From: Candidatus Omnitrophota bacterium
GTDB lineage: Bacteria; Omnitrophota; Gorgyraeia; Duberdicusellales; 4484-171
Assembly: GCA_037146775.1 (NCBI GenBank)
Contig: JBAWWL010000007.1
Span: 1,536 to 65,535, forward strand
Reading direction: 5' to 3'
Length of the DNA: 64,000 nucleotides
In this document: positions 50,083 to 59,700 of the stretch, piece after piece
Layout: every line of letters begins with the position of its first letter
Position numbering within the stretch: the first letter of the stretch is position 1
The notes under the pieces: generated by a model
Seen by the model: the letters and a program-made list of their open reading frames with translations, nothing else
Database searches by the model: none
What the model was told of the DNA's origin: nothing
Position numbers and translations under genes: made by a program

Positions 50083-53000
50083 TGAAGAACATAATTAAAC
50101 AATCTTTAGAAGGCAGCTTTAATCTAGATAATTTTAGCCTATTAGTTAAGAATATTTTCAATAAAATTGATATAAACCCACAAGAGATAACAGTATTTAA
50201 TGGTTTCGAAGAGCATATAAAGAGTCTTACTTTTCTAGGAGAATATTGCGATTCTCAAGATAAAAATCTTGATGTTTTAGCTATCGAGTTAATAGGTGAT
50301 ACGAAAATTGAAAGAGCCCGCTCATTTCAGAGGAACATAGTTGCTAAATATCTTAAAAATAATACTAAAGATTCTAGCCTTGTTGCTTTTTATTCCCAAG
50401 GCAACCCCGATTGGCGGCTATCATTCGTAAAACTCGATTATAAGCTTACCGATAAAGGCCCGAGAGCTGAAGTTGGTACACCTGCAAAGCGATATTCATT
50501 TCTTGTAGGAGAAACAGAACCATCACACACAGCTCAAGCTCAGTTACTTCCTATCCTAGAGAAGCAAAAAGAGAATCCGTCAATTTCTGAAATTGAAGAG
50601 GTTTTTAGCGTTGAAAAAGTTACGAAAGAATTTTATGAGAAATACCTAGATCTATTTAAAAGGCTGTCAAGAAACTTAGAAAGAAATAAAGAATTTGAAG
50701 ATATTGCCAATAAAGAACAGATTGATATTGAAAACTTCACGAAAAAACTAATTGGCCAGATAGTTTTCTTATATTTTCTACAGAAAAAAGGGTGGCTAGG
50801 AGTACCCCGTAAAAAATCTTGGGGTGAGGGGGATAAGTTTTTCTTAAGAACCTTATTTGATAAAGCAGAAAAAGAAAAAGGAAACTTTTATAACGATTAC
50901 CTCGAAATCCTCTTTTATGATACATTAAACAATCCTCGTAAAGATAAAGATGAGCCAGAATATTCTACTTATTTTGACTGTAAAATACCTTTCTTAAATG
51001 GCGGACTATTTGGACCAGATTATGATTGGAAGAATACAACGGTGAAACTATCCAATGAGATTTTTGAAGACATCATATCTACGTTCGATATTTATAACTT
51101 TACTGTGAAAGAGGATGACCCACTAGAGAAAGAAATTGCTGTTGATCCAGAAATGCTAGGTAAGGTTTTTGAGAATCTACTTCCGGAAAACCTACGTAAA
51201 GGTAGGGGCGCCTATTATACTCCTAGAGAAATAGTTCACTATATGTGTCAGGAAAGCTTAATTAACCATCTTTCTACTGAAACAAAGGTGGATATTGAAA
51301 AAGTCAGAAAATTAGTCAATTTAAGCGATTCAGGAATATCTAAAAATGAAGCAGAATCAATTGATAAGGCAATTTCCAGCATAAAGGTCTGCGATCCGGC
51401 TTGTGGCTCTGGTGCATTTCTTGTAGGCATGCTTCACGAAATAGTGAATACGCGTCACAACCTAACTAATCTCCTGAATTTAGAAGGTAAAGATTTAAAA
51501 GAAAGGGGCGAATACAACCTAAAGAAGCAAGCGATAGAAAATTGTATATATGGGGTTGATATAGACCCTGGAGCCGTGGATATTGCTAAGCTCAGGCTTT
51601 GGCTTAGCCTAGTTGTAGATTACGATGAAGAAGTTATTAAACCATTGCCTAATCTTGACTATAGAATAATGTGTGGTAACAGTCTATTAGAGGAATTTGA
51701 AGGTGTTAGATTCTATGATGGTAGTAATGGAAATGGAGAGAAATCTTTGTTTAAAGATGAGCGGAAGGAAAAGATAGAAGAGCTAAGAAGAAAAACGAAA
51801 GAATATTTTAATATTTTTGATGATGAAGAAAAACACAATAAAAGTAAAGAAATTAATAAACTCAAAGATTGGTTTATAAGGACAACTTTAGAAAAGAGAA
51901 GAAAGAAAATTACTCTTCAGCGTAAGAAAATAGAAGCCAATGTAAATATGTTTAACAGTGAAAGCCAGAAAGAATATTTTGTGAATCAAAAGCATATATT
52001 TATTTCAGAAGCAAAAATCAATGAGGTTTTACAAAATTTGCATAATCCACAAAAGGCGCGGCCATTCTTTATTTGGAAGCTAGAATTTATGGATGTTTTT
52101 GAGGAAAAAGGTGGGTTTGATGTGATAATGGCAAATCCGCCGTATGGGATAATTTTCAAAGATGATCTTAAGGAAGAATACGAAGGTAAATACAATACAT
52201 TTTTGAGGAATAACGATATTTATGTTGCATTTATTGAACGCGGAATAGATCTAATACAAAACAATGGCATGATAACATACATAACGCCGAATACTTACCA
52301 AAATGGAGATTATTTTATCAAATTAAGAAACTTTATGATTTCGAATTTAAAAATTTTTGAAATTCTTGATTTTAAAAATATTCCAGTTTTTGACGATCCG
52401 ACGGTTTTTGTGTCAATTTTTAATGCACAAAAAAATAACTCAGGGTCTTCTATAATTCCCCTGGGAATAGTAATAAGTTATAAAGAAAGGATGGAGCGCG
52501 TTCTTTCACTTATCAGAATTGACAAAGGGGATAAAAATTTATTTTTTAAACCTCAAAATCAAATTATTCAAAAATTCATTAAGGACTGCTCAATAGAAGA
52601 ATTTGACAAAGTATTTTATATAAAAGATGTTGGTTTCAATTACTGGACAGTAGGAAAGGGTAAAAAGAGAGATGGCAATTCTATCGGAGACAGGATTTTT
52701 TACGCAGGTAAAAGACTCAGTGAATCAGACATCCCATTTCTTAAAGGTAGGAATATTGATAGGTTTTTCATACAAGAACCAGATAATTATTTGAGACATA
52801 ATTATAAAGACTTCCTTAATTCTAAATTTGACGTTTTTAGATTTTCCAAAGAATTTCTTGAAATTTCACCTAAAATAATTTATAGACAAACTTCCGCAGA
52901 TATTAAGGCAACAATTGATCATGGTAAGAACTATCTGGATAAAACTGTTCATTTGATTGTGTTACGTGATATTAATTTAAAAATTAATTTAAAATATGTT

Positions 53001-53321
53001 TTAAGTTTACTTAATTCGAAATTATTCCAATATCTATACGCTTATATCTCGCAAGAAAGCTATGGGAGGACATTCGCACAAGTCAAAACTACATATATAA
53101 AGAAGCTGCCCTTTAAAAAAATATCCGAGGACGAGCAAATCTCTTTTGTTAAGCTTGTTGATAGGATTCTTTCTGTCACGAAGGATGAAGACTACTTAAC
53201 TAATTCTGTTAAGCAAGCAAAAGTCAAAGAATACGAACACCAGATTAACCAGATGGTCTATAAACTTTACGGACTTACCAAAGAAGAAATTGAAGTCGTT
53301 GAAAGTTTTAATAAAAAATAA
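50082..53321 (+). CDS. N6-adenine DNA methyltransferase (Eco57I/type IIG-like) with C-terminal TRD
   Basis: GAYYTP, DPACGSGAF, NPPY; TAATG coupling with the helicase gene. Confidence 0.92.
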   Translation: MKNIIKQSLEGSFNLDNFSLLVKNIFNKIDINPQEITVFNGFEEHIKSLTFLGEYCDSQDKNLDVLAIELIGDTKIERARSFQRNIVAKYLKNNTKDSSLVAFYSQGNPDWRLSFVKLDYKLTDKGPRAEVGTPAKRYSFLVGETEPSHTAQAQLLPILEKQKENPSISEIEEVFSVEKVTKEFYEKYLDLFKRLSRNLERNKEFEDIANKEQIDIENFTKKLIGQIVFLYFLQKKGWLGVPRKKSWGEGDKFFLRTLFDKAEKEKGNFYNDYLEILFYDTLNNPRKDKDEPEYSTYFDCKIPFLNGGLFGPDYDWKNTTVKLSNEIFEDIISTFDIYNFTVKEDDPLEKEIAVDPEMLGKVFENLLPENLRKGRGAYYTPREIVHYMCQESLINHLSTETKVDIEKVRKLVNLSDSGISKNEAESIDKAISSIKVCDPACGSGAFLVGMLHEIVNTRHNLTNLLNLEGKDLKERGEYNLKKQAIENCIYGVDIDPGAVDIAKLRLWLSLVVDYDEEVIKPLPNLDYRIMCGNSLLEEFEGVRFYDGSNGNGEKSLFKDERKEKIEELRRKTKEYFNIFDDEEKHNKSKEINKLKDWFIRTTLEKRRKKITLQRKKIEANVNMFNSESQKEYFVNQKHIFISEAKINEVLQNLHNPQKARPFFIWKLEFMDVFEEKGGFDVIMANPPYGIIFKDDLKEEYEGKYNTFLRNNDIYVAFIERGIDLIQNNGMITYITPNTYQNGDYFIKLRNFMISNLKIFEILDFKNIPVFDDPTVFVSIFNAQKNNSGSSIIPLGIVISYKERMERVLSLIRIDKGDKNLFFKPQNQIIQKFIKDCSIEEFDKVFYIKDVGFNYWTVGKGKKRDGNSIGDRIFYAGKRLSESDIPFLKGRNIDRFFIQEPDNYLRHNYKDFLNSKFDVFRFSKEFLEISPKIIYRQTSADIKATIDHGKNYLDKTVHLIVLRDINLKINLKYVLSLLNSKLFQYLYAYISQESYGRTFAQVKTTYIKKLPFKKISEDEQISFVKLVDRILSVTKDEDYLTNSVKQAKVKEYEHQINQMVYKLYGLTKEEIEVVESFNKK

Positions 53322-53335
53322 CTTAAGAAATTATA

Positions 53336-54265
53336 GTGGTAATTAAACATAAAATTGAGCCACAATCTGAAGCAAAGCCTTTTTTGAAATGGGCTGGGGG
53401 AAAAACAAGATTACTTAAATATTTCAGGGAATATTACCCTAGAAATATTGGAAGAGAATTCAAAAGATACAGTGAGCCTTTTGTTGGTAGCGGAGCTGTT
53501 TTTTTTGATTTGGTATCCCAAGGTGCGCTAAAGGGTAAGGAGGTAGTATTAGCTGATTCTAGCAATTATTTGATTAATTGTTATAAGCAATTGCAAAAAA
53601 GTACCTGGCTAGAAGTATTGCGCCAATTAAATAGACTAACTAAACAATGGCAGGATAACGAATCGTATAGTAAAAATAAAGATGAATATAACGAATTAAT
53701 CGAGGATGATCGTTCTGGTAGACGAGTTGATCTTATTCGCTGCGCAGCTTTGTTTATTTTTCTAAATAAGACTTGTTTCAATGGGGTTTACCGGGTTAAT
53801 AGTAAAGGTTATTTTAATGTACCAAAAGGCAAATATGCTGAAGTTCCAGTTTTTAAAAGAGGAGCCCTTGAGGCAATCCATTCGGCGTTAAGGGGTGTTA
53901 AACTAATGAGCGGTCCGTATAAACAAATTATTGAAGGTATAAAGGTAACTAGAAATGATTTCTTGTATATGGACCCTCCTTACATAAAATTAAGTAAAAC
54001 ATCAAGTTTTACTGGTTATCAACAAGAACCCTTTGGAATGGATGAGCAGAAGGAATTAGCCGAATATTGCGTAGAACTTCAGAAGAAAGGTTGTTATTCG
54101 TTAATAAGTAACCATTGGGTAGAATGTATTAAAGAATTATACCCTAAAGATTATTTCAAATATAAAACTTTTTCAGTTTCAAGATGTATTAATTCAATTG
54201 CCGAAAGAAGAGGTAATCTAACAGAAGAAGTTTTAATCATCTCTAAAGAAAAAGAGACAAACTAA
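53336..54265 (+). CDS. Dam-family adenine methyltransferase
   Basis: KWAGGK, EPFVGSGAVF, FNGVYRVN, DPPY. Confidence 0.92.
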   Translation: MVIKHKIEPQSEAKPFLKWAGGKTRLLKYFREYYPRNIGREFKRYSEPFVGSGAVFFDLVSQGALKGKEVVLADSSNYLINCYKQLQKSTWLEVLRQLNRLTKQWQDNESYSKNKDEYNELIEDDRSGRRVDLIRCAALFIFLNKTCFNGVYRVNSKGYFNVPKGKYAEVPVFKRGALEAIHSALRGVKLMSGPYKQIIEGIKVTRNDFLYMDPPYIKLSKTSSFTGYQQEPFGMDEQKELAEYCVELQKKGCYSLISNHWVECIKELYPKDYFKYKTFSVSRCINSIAERRGNLTEEVLIISKEKETN

Positions 54266-54266
54266 A

Positions 54267-54809
54267 ATGAAGAAGAACATAGATTTTCTTAATTATGGTA
54301 CGGTTAAACATATTAAAGACTTGCTTAGAAGGGTTGATGAAGGAAAAGAGCCATACGCCCAAGGGGTTTGCTATCCGCAGGCTGATGATGTTGAGAAGGT
54401 CAATAGGCTTGTGATCAGTATTTTTAATGGTCAGACTAGCAAGGAAGATTTAGGCAGAATATTAAATGTTACCTTAAGGCAGGTTGATTACTATGGTAAT
54501 GCAGCAGTTTATCTCGGTTTCTTGCAGACAAACCGAGGACAATTTCAGCTTACTGAATTGGGGAAAAAGTTTGCTCAATATGATAAAAAACAAAGAGAAA
54601 ATTTGCTTATTGAGCAGTTTTTTAAAATTCCTAGTATAAGGAAAGTTTTCAGACAGTTACTTCCCTTGACGCTTGATATTAATTTAGTGATGGATTCTAT
54701 GGCTAGGGCACAAGTAAACCTAAACACAAAGAAAATGCAACGTAGAAGGGCACAAACTATCCACGCTTGGGTTAATTGGGCTTTAGAAAACATGGAAAAG
54801 ACAATTTAA
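54267..54809 (+). CDS. Winged-helix-like protein resembling a restriction-associated domain
   Basis: PQAD, RQVDYY..AAVYLG, LTELG, RRAQTI..W..W. Confidence 0.65.
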   Translation: MKKNIDFLNYGTVKHIKDLLRRVDEGKEPYAQGVCYPQADDVEKVNRLVISIFNGQTSKEDLGRILNVTLRQVDYYGNAAVYLGFLQTNRGQFQLTELGKKFAQYDKKQRENLLIEQFFKIPSIRKVFRQLLPLTLDINLVMDSMARAQVNLNTKKMQRRRAQTIHAWVNWALENMEKTI

Positions 54810-54814
54810 CATAT

Positions 54815-56743
54815 ATGGCAATTATAATTCCGAGTAATTTTAGTAAACTTAAAGGCGATCTCGAACTTAAGAATAAAGAAGAGAATCTAATTATGACCTT
54901 ACAGGAGTTATTTAATGACCAGACAATATGTTTAGTGCAAGTTAACTCATTCCCGTACGAGAAGGCGAAGTTTTTGGCTTGTTTAATCTTGAAGGATAAA
55001 GGGATAATTCTCATAAAATCAATGGAGACTAAAAAGACCCCTAATTTTAAAGAACTTGAGGTAGACGTCCACTCATTGCTTTTTGAGTGTAGCTATAAGA
55101 AATTAGCAAACCATAGACAGTTGCAACTAACAGCACCTGATGGTGTATACCTTAAATTTCCTTTGAAAATTATTTTTTATTTTTATTCTCTTAATAGAAA
55201 AGATATCGATTCGAATGGTGTAAAAAAGTTTACTGAGGAGAATACACTCTTTGATGATGATGTTGATAAGTCTTTTGATGATCCTGATAAATTTAAGAAT
55301 CGTTTATATAGTGGTTTAAAAACAGTTAATCCAGAGTTCGCGCAATTATCGGCCGATGATATTCAGGCTATTACTTTTCAGGTTTGTCCTGAGTATACAA
55401 TCCCGCGATATTTATGCGAGGCAGTTCAGCCCATAAAAGTTACTTCGATTAATCCTGAAAAATCGTTAAGACCCATAGAGGTAACAGGAGACGAGAATTT
55501 TGTTAAAGCCTGGGGTATGGATGATGAGCAGATAAAATTAGTAAACAGCCTTCTTGAGCAGCATGAGCTTTTATTAGCATGCGCAGGTAGTGGTAAGAGT
55601 GTTTTACTTCTCTCGCGTGCTATAAAAATAGCTAAGATGTATCCAGAGAAGAAAATCTTACTTACTTTTTACAATACCCCCCTGCGCTCTTTTTATGAAT
55701 GGCGTCTTGCTGTGGCGGGGGTTAACTTGCGCAACATAATTTGTACAAATTTTCATCAGCTATGTTTTCAGTTGCTAGAAAGAAATCATTTACCAACGCC
55801 AACTCGCAGGCCAGAAGAAGATGAAGATCATTTCTTTAAAAGAGTTATAGCTGAGACGCGTCAGGCAATTGAAGATGAAGAAATAGAAGACAGATTTGAT
55901 GCGATATTTATCGATGAAATACAAGATTTTGATTCAGAATGGTATAGATTGTGCTACAGTCTTTTCAAGGATAAAAAGAAAAACTATATTTTGTGTTTAT
56001 GTGGCGATGTAACTCAAGATGTAAATAATCGAATTAAGGGAAGTACAGCTCCTTGGCATGGTGAAGGTTTGCCAAGTTTCAAGGGCCATGCAAAGAGATT
56101 AAGAAAAAACTACCGTAACAGTAGAGAAATAAATGAGTTGGTGAAAAACTTTTCTAACCTTTGTTGTAGTTGGGCTCTTGGTAATCTTGGTATTAAAATT
56201 AATGATGATGATTTTCTGGATGGTGTAGCAGAAAAAATAACAGGTATTTATCCAAAAATACATCAAGCGACGCGAATGGAAGAGAGTTCTTTGGTATTAA
56301 AAATAGTAAAAGAACTCAAAGAAAAACATGGAGTTCCTTACAGCGACATAGCCGTTTTGTATCCATATAAAGGATTTACAGGGGCGTTAAATTATCACAT
56401 ACAACATTGGTTATCAGAAAAGCTTAGAGAAGCAGGGATTCAACATTCTTTTGTCCGCGATTGCGATAACTTTCCTACTTTTTATCATTATGCGACAAGG
56501 AGGGGTGTTACTTTGGCTAGTATGGGGGTGATTAAGGGATTAGATTTCCAAGCAATTATAATTTGCGGCCTTTTACCATTTGTTTGTAGGAATCAACAAA
56601 GCCCTGAACAGCTATTAACTAACATGAAAAGAATTTACACGGCCATGACTAGAGCAATGACGCATTTAGAGGTAGTTTTAACTAATCCTCCAGAAAGAGA
56701 CTTGATTACTAAGTTTATTTTAGAGGCGTATAAGAGTCTTTAA
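54815..56743 (+). CDS. SF1 (UvrD-like) helicase with degenerate NERD-like N-terminus
   Basis: AGSGKS, IDEIQD, NYRNS, KGLDF, YTAMTRA. Confidence 0.85.
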   Translation: MAIIIPSNFSKLKGDLELKNKEENLIMTLQELFNDQTICLVQVNSFPYEKAKFLACLILKDKGIILIKSMETKKTPNFKELEVDVHSLLFECSYKKLANHRQLQLTAPDGVYLKFPLKIIFYFYSLNRKDIDSNGVKKFTEENTLFDDDVDKSFDDPDKFKNRLYSGLKTVNPEFAQLSADDIQAITFQVCPEYTIPRYLCEAVQPIKVTSINPEKSLRPIEVTGDENFVKAWGMDDEQIKLVNSLLEQHELLLACAGSGKSVLLLSRAIKIAKMYPEKKILLTFYNTPLRSFYEWRLAVAGVNLRNIICTNFHQLCFQLLERNHLPTPTRRPEEDEDHFFKRVIAETRQAIEDEEIEDRFDAIFIDEIQDFDSEWYRLCYSLFKDKKKNYILCLCGDVTQDVNNRIKGSTAPWHGEGLPSFKGHAKRLRKNYRNSREINELVKNFSNLCCSWALGNLGIKINDDDFLDGVAEKITGIYPKIHQATRMEESSLVLKIVKELKEKHGVPYSDIAVLYPYKGFTGALNYHIQHWLSEKLREAGIQHSFVRDCDNFPTFYHYATRRGVTLASMGVIKGLDFQAIIICGLLPFVCRNQQSPEQLLTNMKRIYTAMTRAMTHLEVVLTNPPERDLITKFILEAYKSL

Positions 56744-56762
56744 CTAACAAAGGATCGAATTT

Positions 56763-59700
56763 ATGAATGATATTCGTGCAAAAATAATTGAGCATATTAA
56801 CCAGAAGCTTTTTCAAGAAGTTACTGGTAGAAATATAGACAGATTGATATGGCAAGATAGGTTTGATGAAAAATTCTTTATCGGCTTGCTTTCAGCCGGA
56901 AGCACAGAGCATGAAGAATTTCAAACTCGTGCTCGGACAAAGCAGATAGGTATCGATATATTATTAAAAAAGGAAGAAGTTGAAAAAATAAAATTAACCT
57001 ATTCTGTAAGTGGCTCATTTTTTTATAGAGTTTTTCCTAGTCTTACCGAGCAAAGAGAATTTTACGTTAAAAAGTTTAATGAGAACTTTTCGCAACAGAT
57101 TGATTCCTGGAATGATTTAACCTATTTTCTTCAGAATAATCCCTCCTTCAAACCAATCAAGTGTGATGTTGCTCCAGTTTTTTGTAAGATTAAGCTTGTA
57201 GATGAACCAATTGAATATAGGTTAGCAGGTAAAGAGCTTGATTCACATTTGAATGTAAAGAGCGATGCGCACAGGGAGTTTGTTTTGAATATGGCAAATA
57301 GTAGCACTGACTATTATTATATTATTCGCGAAGAAGTAGAATTAAAAGATTTAAATAGCAAAGATAAATGGCAAGAGTTTATTAGAAATAACAAAAGCGA
57401 TAGAATGCCTTTACAGTGGGACTTTGATTATAACATCAAAGAAATTGATTATGATAAAGATAGAATGCGTATTTCTTTTACTTGGTCGAATATGGCGCAG
57501 GTGGAAACAAGAAATGGCAAATTAGTATATGATGGAATTAGGGTGAATGAGATATTTGATTGTAAGATTAAGTTAAAAGTTGATGGCGGCGAGCCTTGTA
57601 GGTTTACGATGAAGGGCTTCGCAGAAGATTATAAATACGACCGTACTATAAAAGCAATAGGAAAGAATTGTTTCATCGAGGAAAATAATGTTAACGGTAA
57701 TATTCTTGAGACGAATCCGTGCCCTGTGTATGAACAGTACAGGTTAAAAGTAAGGCGTTTTGGCTTAATTCCAACTTTTGAGGGGTTTTCTAAAGAACCT
57801 TTGCCTATTCTTGATTCTATTGCTTCGGAAATGGATAAGTACATTGAAAATTTTGATATTGAAGTAAAAGAGTTTTTTGCACATAAAGGTTTGGATATGC
57901 AAGAAAAGAAGACGCAGCTAGATTACGAGAAGGCAGATTTTTCTAGAGAAAGAGAAAGATTCAAAAAAGGTATTAGTATTTTAAAAAACTGTCCGGACGT
58001 TCTGCAAGCATTCAGACTAATGAATAAAAGTTTTCTAAATAGTAGCATTAACTTTAATTCTTGGCATTTATTTCAGATAGTATTCATTGTGTCTTTGCTT
58101 CCAGATTTCGCGAAGAATAAGTATAGTGAAATAGAGGGTGATAGCTTAGACAAGGTTGATTTATTATATTTTCCAACCGGTGGTGGAAAAACAGAGGCTT
58201 TCTTGGGGTTAATAATTTTTAATCTGTTTTTTGATCGCCTTAGAGGGAAAAAATTAGGTGTTACCGCTTTAGTTAAATATCCATTAAGGCTTTTGTCTAT
58301 TCAACAGATGCAAAGAATCGCTGATATAGTAGCTTCTGCAGAAAAGATACGAAGAGAGGAGGAGAACTTAAAGGATAGCGAAGGCTTTGCGGTTGGATAT
58401 TTTGTAGGAGAAAGTAATACTCCTAATAAGATAGACAAGAAAGAGTCCCAAAATTTAGTTAAAATGAGTCAAGATAACTTAACGAAACAGTACCTCATTC
58501 TCGACAAGTGTCCTTTTTGTCAGAAAAAAGGTATGATAATTAAGTATCTTGAGCAAAACAATCGACTAGCACATTTTTGTCCCAATTGTGATGAGGGCTT
58601 ATTACCGATCTATATTGTTGATAGAGAAATATATAGATATTTGCCTTCAGTTGTAGTAAGTACGATTGATAAATATGCTGGAGTTGGTAATCAGAGAAAT
58701 TTCAGAAACATTCTAGGCTGCGTATCTGCAAGATGTTCTCTGCATGGGTTTACCAGCCAACTTGAATGTACGGAAAAGGGTTTTGCTGGGGTTTGCACTT
58801 TATCAAAAGACAAGTTAGAAAAAGTTAATTATCAGAATTTATCTCCCACTCTCTTAGTTCAAGATGAGTTACATCTTTTATCGGAATCATTAGGGATATT
58901 TGATTCTCATTATGAGACGTTTATTAAGTATTTCATTGAGCATTTAATGAGTAGTACGAGTAAGCTTAAAATTATTGCTGCAACAGCTACAATTTCACAT
59001 TATAAGAATCAAATAAAGCATTTATATATGCAAGATGCTATTCGTTTTCCAACCCCATCTCCAAATCCAAATAAGTCTTTTTATTATATGGTTGACTATA
59101 ATGAATTAAATAGAGTATTTATCGGCATCGCTCCTGTAGGCATAACCCCTAAGACTGCCGTTTATAAGATTGTTGAACTTTTACGTAATTATATTTTTGA
59201 ATATTATGATAGCCCAGTAAAATTAAATAATGAATTAAAGCTAAAGCTGAGCGATTCAGAGATTAAAGAAATTCTTCGTGATTACTGGACTATATTGGAA
59301 TATAACCAGAAGAAAAGTGACACATTAAATATTTGTGATACCCTTGGTAAAACAGTAAATCCGAAGCTTAAGGAGCAAGCTAGGTTTAATATTGAGAACT
59401 TAACTGGAGATAAGAAGTTAGAAGAGGTACGACAAATAATTTCAGATATAGAAAATCCTAATAATCCATTACCAAGCCCGGATTTTCTTGCGGCGACCAG
59501 CATGATATCTCACGGAGTCGATATTGATATCTTTAATATTATGGTACTCTATGGTGTTCCTCAGACCATAGGTGAGTATATTCAGGCTACGAGCCGTGTT
59601 GGGAGGCAACATCCTGCTTTTGTCTTCTGCATATTTATAGTTAATAGGGAAAAAGATAGAAGCTATTATAAATATTTCAAGCAATTCAACGAGTGTAAAG

